Positions 40,964 to 53,786 of a stretch of 64,000 nt of DNA are shown in pieces. Every line of letters starts with the position of its first letter. Position 1 is the stretch's first letter. The stretch is from NCBI GenBank assembly GCA_030704615.1, contig CM060731.1, positions 38,998,001 through 39,062,000 of the forward strand. The letters run 5' to 3'. The DNA is from Takakia lepidozioides. Lineage: Eukaryota; Plantae; Bryophyta. A model generated the notes under the pieces. It was not told the origin of the DNA and ran no database searches. It saw only the letters and a list, made by a program, of their open reading frames with translations. Position numbers and translations under genes: made by a program.

Positions 40964-41449
40964 CGCACCTTACTCACGATTTTTTTGTCACCAACGGGCT
41001 TGCACCATTCTCGGGGTTACTACTCCCTATATATACTTCTGTAAGTGTCCGCGGGGGTTCCACAAGTAGCCAAGTCCAAATCTGGTGCACCACCACTTAG
41101 ACCCTCGATCGTCCCAGTGGTGAGCCGCGGTGAGTCTTGGCCCACCCACCACAGCCCCAATGGACCGTGGTGAGTCCCAAGACTCCCCACGATTCCCACC
41201 ATAAAGGCCTCGGCCTCATGGTGAGTCCTATGCCACCCCCACTACGACTCCCTACGCTACCACCACCCCTCGTGGAGCCCCCACCATCGCCACTCGGTTT
41301 GCGGGGCTCCACCTATTGAGCGCCGTTGCCTCCTTGAGTGCCTTCGGCACTCAAGGATGCTTCAGCCCCCTTTCCTATTTGCTGCCACTGCCCCCACCAT
41401 AGGGGCAACCCCTCTTGTGTCCCGACCCCGCGCCCTCAAGGCAAAGGGC

Positions 41450-42695
41450 CACTACAGCAAATTGGGGGGGGGGGGGGTCGCGACGCCAGCCACGCCCCCA
41501 CGCCCCGCGCGGTGCTGAGCCTGCGGCGTTTTTTTGCGACGCCCCGGCGTTGCAATCCCCCGCTGCGACACCATTACGACGCCCAGTCGTCGTAAGGTGG
41601 CATGAAGGGGGAAAGAGGGCCTTCGTTGCGACGGATTTTTTTTCTTGCGACGCCCCGGCGTCGGAATTCCAAATATATATATATATATATATATTATTTT
41701 GGACGTTGTGACGCCAAGCGTCACTAAGGGCGCCCCAACGCCTCTGCGACACCAGGGCGCCGCAACAACATCATCATAGTGGGAGTTTGTTTTTTTTCTT
41801 TTTGGGCTTTGCGACCCTCAATTTCACAAAAGCGTCCCTGGGGGCGCCCCGCGCTGGGACGCCCAACGTTGCGCCGCCAGGGGGTCGCAACGGTGTCGCC
41901 ACAGGGGGTTGCAATGGTGTTGTGGTCAGCTTAGGTCATCACAAGGACGTCGTTTGGGGCGCCTGGCAATGGGGGGGGTGCAACAATGGCAACGATGCTG
42001 GGGTTGGGGCTGGGGCTGGGCATTAAGGCTGTGGAGATTGCAACTCCCCGGCGTCACAAAAGAGACCCCCTTAGAAGGAACTTGAAGGCTCTTGAAGGAA
42101 ATCTTTATATGTGTATATATATATTTAGATTGCTTTTGTGATACATAGATGTAGCGTAGGTGTGTTGGTTAGTTTGTAGTGTCTTAGAAATGTTATAACG
42201 TGGAGGTCTTAGGTTCAAGTATGCATTGCATGATATATGTAGAACAATGAACATATCGCCATTAGACAGAACCGGAGTCAATGGTCAACGCTGGAGTCAA
42301 TGGTCAACAAGTTTTTGAAATTCAAATCTTCCCGCCTAAATTCAAATGCACCCCCTTAAATTGTGACGTCCGGGCGTCGCACTTTGCGACCCCCGGACGG
42401 TGCTAATTCTGCATAACAGGATAAGGTTTTTATTTTATTTTATTTTATTTTATGAATTTATAAATCCGACGCCCGGGCGTCGCAAATCGCATCGGCGTCA
42501 CAAATCGCGGTTTTGCCTATTTGCGACCCCCATTGGTCGCAAATTTGCGACGTTTTTTTGGTGACGGGCTTGCGACGCCCGAGCATCGCACATTTGGGTT
42601 TTCCCCCCTGCCCGAAAAAGGTTGTTTTTACAACGCCGTGGCGTGGCTGCGGTGTGGCCGCGGCATCGGAACCCCCCCCCCTTTTTCCTGTAGTA
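41450..42695. mobile_element. Non-autonomous CACTA element (1246 bp)
   Basis: Left end CACTACAGCAAATTGGGG; right end CCCCTTTTTCCTGTAGTA (terminal G>A); 3-bp TSD GGC at 41447-41449 and 42696-42698; many GCGACGCCC subterminal repeats in both orientations. Confidence 0.88.
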
Positions 42696-42698
42696 GGC

Positions 42699-44155
42699 CC
42701 ACCCCTGCCAATGAGGAGTTGATGTCCTCATCGACTTGTCCCTTTTTGTGGAAACTAACATCCAAGTGGTGGCGTCCGACATCAAGGAGTTTGTTTCCGT
42801 ACCATGGCGTCCCATGACAAAGAACCAAACCCCCACTTGACTCTACTCTCTACTAGTTAGTTCCGCCGACTTCCTCCAAGACCCGACCAAGGGTTGAGCC
42901 TCTCAAGCTCCCCCCAGTGTACTCTTCTTGGCCTACTTCAAGGCCAAGGAACGATCATCCCTAAGGATCGCACTGCCTTACTGCAACAACATTGTTTGCG
43001 ACCGCTCATGACTTTTTGGCATCACCTTGAGCAATGGTTCACCTTGAACCCATTTTGGCTAGGAAGATAACCTTGAACCAACTGTGCGCCCCGCCCCAAT
43101 CACTACAATTGGGTCCGCCTTGGAATGCTGGCCTGAGGTACGGGAACACGCCGAAGCCACACTACGACTTCGTCCCGAGGTTACACGATTATAGTACGTG
43201 AACGGAAGCACGTAGCTTCCGCGTTAGCCCACACTACAAGGCAACCCCCTCGGTAGCGCAGTTATAGTACGCGCACGCGCCAGGTGTGCACTAGCACATG
43301 AACTCCCAAAGAAGACGCAAGTTTCCTTGCCCCTTGGATGGGAGTCACCCGATTTCGGCACTGCGCAAACACACGATTAATCCAATTTACCTCTCCCACT
43401 TTTGTAAGCTAGCATGCATTCTACACACTAGCCAACCATACCATGCATCCCCATTCCAAACAAAATAGGAAGCACAACATTTGAAAACCATTTCGTTTAT
43501 AAACAAAATTCGTACAACACAAGTTTTTGCAATCGGATTCCTAAGCTAGCTAAGCCGGACTAAGCATGCATTTCCTCCCCCACGATCCAAGGTTGATGTC
43601 CCCATCAACGCTTCTTCCGCTTTTGAGGTCGCCCTTCGAAAGCTACAACCGCCTCGAATGCGGTTCCCATTTCTGAGGCACGCACCCAAGTTGCCTTCAC
43701 TTGATGATAGCCCTTCCATTTCACGAGATACTCCGTTTCTCGATTCTTGAACCTCCTCGACTTAAGGACTACCTCCACCTCGTACTCCAGTCCATTTTTA
43801 TGATCCAACAGCACAGGTGGCGGATGCAACACTTGGTGCCGATTCGGACGCGCTTCATCTTTGAAGTAAGGTTTCAAAAGGGAAACGTGGAATACTGGAT
43901 GCACCTTGTTGTTTGCCAACAACTCCAATTCATACACATCCTCATTCATAACCTTTTGGATGCGAAAGGTCCCCGCATACGGAGGTATGAACTTTGGACT
44001 CACTTCCGGAGGTAGTCGAAAATATTTGATGTTCAACCAAACCTCCGTGTCTGCCTCAAACTTAACTTCCCTCCGCTTCTGATTCGCCTACCGTTCATAC
44101 CGTTTCCTAGCTTTGGCAATGTTGTACTCTGCGAGCTCCAACTAACGCTCGCGTT
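42699..44155 (-). mobile_element. Older Ty3 copy: 3' noncoding region and integrase C-terminus/chromodomain
   Basis: Colinear with 34718-36173; ORF 43605-44036 is homologous to the young chromodomain ORF. Confidence 0.92.
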
Positions 44156-44159
44156 GGCA

Positions 44160-45345
44160 GTACAATTCCAGCTTTGATGATATCCCCATGCACCTCTTTG
44201 CCCTTCTCCAAGGCTGCCTGGCCTGCAATGCATACAAACATGATGTGGCCGGGCTGAACCCCTTCCCCCATCATTTGCTCATAGGTCTCCAAAGCCTCCA
44301 TCCCATGTCCCTGCTGTGCATACCCTGCAAGCATCCCACTGCACGACACCACATCTCGTTCAGCCATAGTGTTGAACACTCCCTTTGCATCCCCGATGCA
44401 CCCACCATTTGCCTACATGTCCACTAGGGTATTGTTCAAAATGACATTTGGTACAATTCCTGCTCTGAAGGTGTCACCATGGACCTCCTTCCCTTTTCCA
44501 CAGCTGCCAGGGCAGTGTTTCGAGTGACATTAGGTACAATTCCAGCTTTGATGATATCCCCATGCACCTATTTGCCCTTCTCCAGGGCTGCCAGGCTTGC
44601 AATGCATACAAACATGATGTGGCCGGGCTGAACCCATTCCCCCATCATTTGCTCATAGGTCTCCAAAGCCTCCATCCCATGTCCCTGCTGTGCGTACCCT
44701 GCAAGCATCCCACTCCACGACACCACATCTCGTTCAGCCATAGTGTTGAACACTCCCTTTGCATCCCCGATGCACCCACATTTTGCCTACATGTCCACTA
44801 GGGTATTGTTCAAAATGACATTTGGTACAATTCCAGCTCTGAAGGTGTCACCATGGAACTGCCAGGGCAGTGTTTCGAATGACATTAGGTACAATTCCAG
44901 CTTTGATGATATTCCCATGCACCTCTTTGCCCTTCTCCAGGGCTGCCAGGCCTGCAATGCATACAAACATAATGTGGCCGGGCTGAACCCCTTCCCCCAT
45001 CATTTGCTCATAGGTCTCCAAAGCCTCCATCCCACGTCCCTGTTGTGCATACCCTGCAAGCATCGCACTCCACGACACCACATCTCGTTCAGCCATAGTG
45101 TTGAACACTCCCTTTGCATCCCCGATGCACCCACATTTTGCATACATGTCCACTAGGGTATTGTTCAGAATGACATTTGGTACAATTCCAGCTCTGAAGG
45201 TGTCACCACGGACCTCCTTCCCCTTTTCCAGAGCTGCCAGGGCAGTGTTTAGAATGACATTAGGTTTAATTCCAGCTTTGATGATATTCTCATGCACCTC
45301 TTTACCCTTCTCAAGGGTTGCCAGGCTTGCACAAGCATTGCAATG
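44160..45345 (-). pseudogene. Tandemly amplified (~370-bp unit, about 3.2 copies) PLS-PPR gene fragments captured in the Pack-CACTA
   Basis: Repeated [59 protein letters not shown] with stops and shared deletions. Confidence 0.88.
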
Positions 45346-46608
45346 CACACGATGTGAGAGGGCAAAACAGGTTGAAATAGGTCAAAGAAGAAGATGCCCT
45401 CACCACATTGTCCTTGAGGTTGTGTCATGACTTGACCGACCATCAACCCAAAAAGACCTCTTGTGTGTGTTGCTTGTGTCTGTAGTCAGGTAATGTCGGA
45501 TTGGTCTGTGAGATCGAACCACCATGGTGTAGCTGAGTAGGCAGAGATTAAAACACGGCCTGCTATGACCAAGCCTCTCCCAAGAACGGCAAGCTCGCAA
45601 GAATGTTGCGAGCTTCTCCTCGTCTCATCTCCTCCTCCTCTCCTCTTTCCTGCATCATTTGCTCAACGCCTCCATCCCACGCCCCTGCATATCCTGCGAT
45701 CATCGCGTTCCATCCCTCGGCTACATGGTGTGGCGGAGGGAACAAAAAAAAAATGCCAAGTCCCAGCCCTCCTCTGTGTTCACGATTACCCTAGTGGGCA
45801 ACCTTATTAGCAACTTTTTAACTTTTTAACCTTTTGCACTTTGATTCATTCTAGGTCAGAGGCTAAAGTCATGCTATCAGACTTGTCTAGAAAACCAAAA
45901 CACCACGTAGACAAACATTTGATAATGGTAATAAAATATATTACCATTGGGCTGGTTTGAACACTTGTTAGTAAATTTAGGTTAGGATTTTTAGGTTAGG
46001 ATTTTTTCGAAATATTCTGGTTTTTTCTTTGATGTGTGAGATGACAAAGTCCAAGCATGTCACATTAACAAGGAGTTCAATATAAGGATGATGCAAGTGA
46101 TTTGTGGCAAAAAGTGTAAATCATGCCTATGCCTATTTGTCCTAGTTGTGTCATAGGTTGCAACGGAACGGGGCCACCTTTGAATGCAATCCCCATGCTC
46201 ATTTCACCAAGGGCATTATAGATTTCATAATGTAGAGATTGAAAATGAGGTGTATTCTTCACTTGCTAGTACCATCGTGCAGATTTCTAAACATGAACAT
46301 GAAGTTCATAATCATTTTCCAAGGGCATCATTCTCAAACTCCCCATACACCACAATCAGTGGAAATAATTGTATGTTCCTATTTCACACAGGTGTGTAAC
46401 ATGCCATGTAAACTAAGCCAACCCCTGCCACGCTCATGGCTGTTTTCACACCGTTCTTGTCTGGGGTGTGGACCACATGTGAGACACCCCACAGTTTGGG
46501 CATATTTAGACCCACACCTTGGCTCAGTGTACAGACCCGTGATAAAACCGTGGAATGTGCCAGGTGTGAGATGGCAGAGCGTGGAAAAAGCCGGTTTCTC
46601 TTCTAGTG

Positions 46609-49237
46609 CATGGAGCTATCCGAAGAATCCATCAGCCGCTTGGTGGAGGCGGTGGTCGCCAAGACTGGCAAGGTAGGCAACTACTCTTGTGAGTTGTATC
46701 AGGAGACGGGAGCCTTGCGTAAAGGGACTCAGTTAATGTTCGTGAGTGGGATAATTTCTGAAACTAACGTATCGTTGTTGGTGGACACAGGAGCGTCGCA
46801 TTCCTTCATGACACCGGCAACGGCACGGAAGCTGGGGCTCCCGACAAGTGATGTGGGGGCCTCTATTGAAGTGCGTTCTGCCAAAGGAGAACCACAATTG
46901 GCGACGAGGGTGACGTTCGATGTTCCTTTTCAGCTGGGGAGTTGGGAAGGACGTGAGAACTTCACCATTTGTGAGATCGATGGAGTGGATCTCATTTTGG
47001 GGATGACCTTTTTGGGAAAATTCGGAGCGGTCATAGATGGCCGCAAGAGAATAGTCACCCTATCGCGTGGGAATGGTGGCGAAGTTTTACGGGTGTCGGA
47101 AACGCCCAACCGAGTGGGAGGGCGAATAAACTTGCTGACAACAAAGGAGTGGGCCGTGGAGGAGCCACATGAGCCCCAATTTTTACTTTACGTGAGACAA
47201 GTGGAAAGAGAAGTCGATAGGGAGCCGAGCCCAGATTGGATCAAGGGGATCCTGGAGAAATACCAGGATGTGATGTCGGAGGATTTACCAAGCGGCTTGC
47301 CACCGCGAAGAGGAGTTGACCACAAAATAGAGGTGGTGCCGGGATTGGAGCCGCCTGCCAAGGCGCCCTACCGGTTGAGTCACAGAGAGTTGGTCCTGCT
47401 GAAGGCCCAACTCAAGGATCTAATGGCAAAGGGGTACATCCGGCCGAGTAAGTCACCTTATGGAGCCCCGGTACTATTCGCAGATAAGAATGATGGGACG
47501 CTGCGGATGTATGTCGATTACAGGGCTCTGAATAAGGTGACTACAAAAAACCGGTACCCTGTGCCAATGATCGACGACCTCTTTGATTGGTTGGCAAGAG
47601 CAAAGTATTTTAGCCGGATCGATTTACGCTCGGGTTACCATCAGATCCGGATAGCGGAAGGAGATGAGGAAAAGACAACATGCAGGACAATGTATGGCTC
47701 GTACGAATTTTTGTTGATGCCTTTTGGGCTCACCAACGCGCCAGCAACCTTTAACAGCCTGATGAACTGCCTCTTTCATGAGTGGTTGGATGACTTTGTG
47801 ATCATGTACATCGACGACATCTTGGTGTACTCGAAAACGAAGGAAGAGCACCTGAAGCACCTCAAAAGGGTGTTCCAGAAATTGCGGGAAAGGAAGCTGT
47901 ATGCCAAAACTTCAAAGTGCGAATTCGGGATCACGAAAGTGGAGTTCATAGGGCATGTGATTACACAGGATGGGATCAAAATGGATGATAGAAAGGTGAG
48001 GGCAATCTTGGACTGGGAACCTCCGACTTTAGTCCCGGAAGTGCGATCCTTTCTGGGACTCGCCTCCTACTACCGAAAGTATGTTAGAAATTTCGCCAAG
48101 ATCGCGGGGCCTTTGTCAGACCTTTTGTGTAAGTCCAAGGTATGGATATGGAACACTTTTTGTGGCCAAGCTTTTGCCGAGTTGAAGCAGCGGATGGCGG
48201 ACGCTCCAGTCTTGAAAATCCCGAAGTTTGACCGTCTATTCGAGATCCACGCGGATGCGTCAGACTTCGCCATTGGGGGTGTTTTGATGCAGGATGGACG
48301 TCCAATGGCTTACAAAAGTAAGAAACTGAATGAAATGGAGCGACGGTGGCCCATGCATGAGAAAGAAATGAAGGCGATGGTGCATTGCCTTGAGCTTTGG
48401 CGCCACTATGTTGGTTCCAACCCGGTGAAGGTGTTCACGGACAATGTCATGGTGAAGTATTTTGCCACACAGCCTAAGTTGTCCCCAAAACAAATTAGGT
48501 GGCAAGACACTTTGGCAGTGTTTGACATGGATATCCAGTACAAACCGGGACGGGACAATGTGGTGGCCAATGCTCTCAGTAGAAAACAGCAGCTCATGTT
48601 GGTGTACGAGGGCGAGACGGAGTTGTAGAGGAAAATTCGGAAGGCTTATCGGAAGGATGAGTTCGCAAAGTCGATATTGCGACACTTGAGGCTGGGGGTT
48701 AAGTCGCAATTCCACTTGCATAAAGGACTGCTCCGGTATAAGCAAAAGCGCCTCTACGTATCGAAATGAGGGCGTCTCTTGGGAGAATGCGATGATGGTC
48801 CGCTTGCGGGCCACAACGGAGCCAAGCGCACCGCGACACTCTTGAAGAAAGAGTATTTCTGGCCCAAACTAAGGGAGGAGGACGAGGTGTATGTCAGGAC
48901 ATGCACCACATGCCAGCAAAACCGGAGCGAATACAAAAAGCAAGCAGGGCTGTTACAACCTTTGCCGATTCGAGAGGGGTCTTGGGAAAGTGTCTCGATG
49001 GATTTCATGATTGCTTTGCCGCTGTCAAAAGGACTTGATGCAATCATGGTGGTGGTGGATAGGTTCAGTAAAATGGGTCATTTCATACATACCAAGGAGA
49101 CTGCAACGGCGCAGGAGACAAGGCGACTTTACTTCGTCCACATCTTCAAGCATCATGGACTCCCGAAGGATATTGTCTCGGACCGCGATCCAAAGTTTAC
49201 AAGTAAATTTTGGAGGGCACTTTGGAAGAAGATGGGA
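46609..49237 (+). pseudogene. pol: Older Ty3 copy: gag end, PR, RT, RH and most of the integrase, inverted relative to the rest of the element
   Basis: ORFs 46610-48628 and 48779-49246 are highly similar to the young pol; TAG at 48626 and a small deletion near 48765. Confidence 0.93.
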
Positions 49238-49239
49238 AC

Positions 49240-50290
49240 TACCTAATGTCATTCGAAACACTGCCCTAGCAGCTCTGGAAAAGGGGAAGGAGGTCCATGG
49301 TGACACCTTCAGAGCTGGAATTGTCCCAAATGTCATTTTGAACAATACCCTAGTGGACATGTAGGCAAAATGTGGGTGCACCGAGGATGCAAAGGGAGTG
49401 TTCAACACTATGGCTGAACGAGATGTGGTGTCGTGGAGTGCGATGCTTGCAGGGTATGCACAGTAGGGACGTGGGATGGAGGCTTTGGAGACCTATGAGC
49501 AAATGATGGGGGAAGGGGTTCAGCCCGGCCACATCATGTTTGTGTGCATTGTAGGCCTGGCAGCCCTGATTTAAATCAGGCACCTCAACCATACCACAGC
49601 TTCTAAAAGAGGATCAAGAGAGGGAGTCCATAATGCCTCTTCTTGCTCTTCTGGGCATGTGAAGATGCTTTGTGAGGCAGGCAGACTGAAAGAGGCTCTA
49701 CAACCTTTAAACCAAGGAGCATTTCAGTCACATTATTCAAAGTGGATTCACACCAAGTGTTTTTCTCCTCAACCCTCTTGTGAACATGTATGTTAAGTGC
49801 AGGAGCATCATGAATGCACACCGAGTGTTCAACGGAATGCCTCAACGAACTTTGATCACGTTGTATATAATGTTGGCAGGATTGTAATTTAATATTTTGT
49901 TAAATTAAGCGACCGCCTATATTGGCGGTCGCCGGATTTAACATGGGTGTGGTAGGAATGCTTTGGAGACCTATGAGCAATTGTTGCGCGAAGGGGTGAA
50001 GCCCAACCACATCACATTTGTTTGTAATGCATGTGCAAGCCTGGGAGCTCTGGAAAAGGGCAAAGAGGTCCATGGTGACATCGTCAAATCTGGAACCCAA
50101 TGTCATTATGAACACTGCCCTGGTGGACTGCATGTATGCCAAATGTGGGTGCATCAAGGATGCAAATGAAGTGTTTGACAGTATGGCTGAACGAGATGTG
50201 GTGTCGTGGAGTGCGATGATTGCAGGATATGCACAGCAAGGGCGCGGATGGAGGCTTTGGAGACCTATGAGCAATGATGCGGGAAGGGGT
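49240..50290 (+). pseudogene. Further captured PLS-PPR fragments
   Basis: [44 protein letters not shown]...; GRLKEAL-like N-terminal piece at ~49680; [37 protein letters not shown] at 50130-50245. Confidence 0.85.
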
Positions 50291-53149
50291 GATTCCCCGT
50301 GGAAAAAAAGCTCGAAGAAACCTGCATGGGTAGATGGTCAACTGGAAGCCGCAGCAACAGCGGCACAATTGATAAAATCAGGAAATGCTAATCAAGGTAC
50401 CTTCTTCAAGCCATTTCACTCTGTTTTCCCCTTTTATCAGAATCGCCCTAAATTTTCATGTGTTTAAGAATTCTGCAAGTTAGCTGGTTGAGTGAACCTT
50501 TGATAGTTTGGAGTGACTTTGACATGATACTGCCAAAGTGACAATAGGAAAGTATCCAGAAATAGGTAACAGATAGGAGAAGCTGTGGAATGAATACTTT
50601 TCTGACCCCAGTCAATGTTGGGACAACCGTCTTGGAAGGTAAATGCCTTTGGATTACACAGGGATGCCTCGGCGTGAGCCTGGTCACGTGAGCGCGTGAG
50701 CGCAACTGCGCTCACGCCACGTCACCTTGCGCCAATGCCACATCATGGGGCTCACTTCACGTCATCACACTTGAAGGCCGCGTCACCACGCGCCCAGGAA
50801 GAAGTGGAGTGTATTCCCGCGGATTGACACCCTTTACCGCGGAAACAAGCTGGACAACATGATAAAAGGCAGTGGTCATTCCCACCTGAAAGCAACAGAT
50901 GAATAAAGGATGGATGAATGTACAGTTGGATGATAAACAGATGGATGAGTGTGAAAAATGAATGTAGATGGATGAATGAGGGATGGATAAGAGTCAAATG
51001 GATGAATGTATAATGGATGTTGAACAATGGAAAACATTCATGACAGGAAGATGCATGACTAAAACTTTAGACGAATGCACAACGTATATGACATGAGTGT
51101 GGTAGGTTTGTGGGGTGGATTAAAGAGTACAGAGGATGGATGTACAATGGATGTTGAACAAAGGAAAACATTCATGAATGGAGCACGCATGAATACACTG
51201 TAGACGAAAGCACAATGGATATGACAAGAGTGAGGGAGGTTTGTGAGATGGATTCATACATATTGCAATTTAAATGGTAGTTGATTCTTTGATTATTTTT
51301 CTTTCCAAAGGAACAACTACGGTGGAGGAAGGGGATTCAACGTTTTCCAAAGAGGATGAAACAGAATATTAAAAGAACATAGTTCAGTTTGACTCAGAGT
51401 GAGTACAATGTATCCCCGCTTCCTCTGCATCTAAGTCTAAGTATTTAAGAACTCCGGATCTACGCTGGCTACACCTACGGCCGGGCAGTAAAAAGTTAGG
51501 GGATAGGGACTCGGCCGCGTGAAGTGCCATTGCTTCGGCATAATCAGGAAGCAGAAAATTGGAAAGGGGGCTGTCGAAAACAGACTCGCCACAAATGACT
51601 GTATCTCCTGAAGATCCACCGCTGCCTTTCCTTAAAGACAGCCTGAAAAAGTTATTACTGTAACTTTGATGTTATTGAGAAACTGGGTATGGCTCCCAAA
51701 GTGGGTTTAGCACTTACTCACATGAAAAGTCGTTGTCGACCTGCTTATCTTCGGGATCGTCATCATTTCGAATTTGAATCCGATCAGTCTGTGTGCCTGA
51801 AGTGGAGCTAGACAAAGGGGGGAGGAGCACTGTGTTGTAGAGGTCAGAATCACCCTCCATGCCAAAAAGGCTTCTTCCGCCTGCCTTGCATGCATGGTAA
51901 GTTGCTCCTGCACCAGACAGGAGGACATGAACAGTTTGGTGGGGGGGATTTAAGCAGATGGAACTAGTGAAGGAAAATCAATTCGGAAGGGAGAGAACGA
52001 ACCTGTGGACACAGAAAGATCGACCACCCGTGCAGAGTGGTGGCTGCATGACTCTAGCAGTATTTGCATGAACGCTGGGGATTTTTCCTTTGCACCTCTC
52101 CAGGGAGTGCCATCTGGTCTCTTCAGAGTCTGACTGGACTGCATGAAGTTGTACAAAATGTCATCGACATGCGGCTCATGGGGGGGTTGACGAAGCAACC
52201 CTGGTCAGAAATCTCAAAGCTGCGGATGGAGGATGGTGTCTTTGAGGTGCGAATCCTCCGCAGGCAGATCGCCTCGAACATCCTCGTCTGCCAAAGATAG
52301 CAGATTAGTGTGGTAAACGCAATCTATAGTGGAAGTGTGTACATCGGCTATTCAGAACTCAGACATAAAACAATCATTTTTATCACGAATCGGTGATGAT
52401 CGGTGTCGATCATGACAGATTCTTCTAGAGTGGAGCTGTAGAAAACATTGAAATTCATCATGAAAGCACAAGCAGAAGGGAGACGGCATACCAGCTGACC
52501 AAGGAAACCGCCTTTCACAAGGTAGAGGTTGTTCACACAATTCCATGTGCGCAAAACTTCAAACCCCGAAGACTTCAGGTATGATGCCAATGCCCGACGA
52601 CTATCTTTGTCACATGACTGAAAAAACAGAAGTGTCCCTGCATCAGAGAGGAAATTATTACAGAACCCGAACACCCAACTCCAGTAGTTGTCCTCGAATT
52701 TGTTCCAGCCTGGCGTCTTGCCCTTTGGAAGAACTTCTGGCACAGCCTGGCCATCCGGGATGTCGAGAATGACAATATCAGCCGCATATGTTTTCTGCAC
52801 ACCGCACACGAAGGTGGGACCAGTGCTCACCTGCAACAGACATGTTTATTTTAAGAACGATGGCAAGAATGTTTTCAAAGAACCAGACTGAAATACTGCC
52901 AATGAAACTTTCAAAGAAAAAGGAAAGAAACTGGAATTCTCACCAGATTGAGGAATGAGATTATGTTGTTCCAGGTAGGCGAAGGCACCCCAGTGTATCC
53001 TCTCTTTCGACTCTGCATCATCGCCAGCCAACCCTCATTGACAATTTTAATCTCTCCTGCCGAATCAGAACGGGAAGGGTGTGGCTTGGCATCGAACACG
53101 CACTGAACTATGGGGGTATATCTTCCAGCAGTGAAGTCCTGCCCACTCT

Positions 53150-53262
53150 CCTTTTCCTTCTCCATCTCATTTTCCTTCTCCATCTCATTTTCCTTCTCCA
53201 TCTCCTTTTCTTTCTCCTTCCCCTTGTCCTTGTCCTTCTCTTTGGACTTGTCTTTGTCCTTT
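53150..53262 (-). repeat. Coding low-complexity K/E/D repeat (KDKDK...KENEMEKENEMEK)
   Basis: 18-bp unit TTCCTTCTCCATCTCATT repeated in the linker of the MTase-like gene. Confidence 0.8.
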
Positions 53263-53786
53263 GGCTTTGCTGGTGAGATGGCTATGACATCAGGAGCCTT
53301 GTCTTTTGGTTTGCGGCCCACCTTCTTTCCCTTCTGCGGCGTTCCCTGAGCATCAGGCTCCTTGGCAGCCAATGTTGCTATGTTTCTTTGGTACTGCACG
53401 TCAGTCAAAGGCGCCAGCATCTCAGCATTATTGTTCAAATATTTCATGTGCTGTTTTTGAAAGGTCATGTGCTCCGGTGGGCAGTCAAGGTACCAGCCAC
53501 AGTCTCTGAAGTGAGAAGGACTCCAGTCTTTCAATATCCCTGCATTATACATGGTTGGATCGTTTGCTGGCTCCGACCACATGTCAAGATAGTCTGGAAT
53601 ACCGCTCAGGTGATTTCCTTCCATAAGCACTTATTTCGTGTATTTGTTAAACATGAGATAAATCCCAACCCACCAAAGCGCGAAGTGAGTAAGATGCAAG
53701 TAGCACAAAATGAAAAAAAACAAGGAATGAAATGGTTCTGAGAACTGCTCCAAGGAGCTCTCAGGACCACGCGAGAGCTCTGGATG

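Larger units (their letters stand above)
33753..41449 (-). repeat. 3' LTR of an older related Ty3 element, split into 33753-33990 and 40969-41449 by the young insertion
   Basis: Starts TGTCGCGCACCTC and aligns colinearly, with visible divergence, to the young LTR on both sides of the insertion. Confidence 0.85.

Noticed and set aside
44848-45348. Functional short PPR genes
   Set aside because: Fragments with shared deletions and stops, no DYW domain, inside a transposon.
46581-46608. Helitron 3' ends (CTAG-T) at 46603 and 60783
   Set aside because: The two ends are identical CACTAG termini with a 3-bp TSD and become inverted once the inversion is undone, which fits CACTA.
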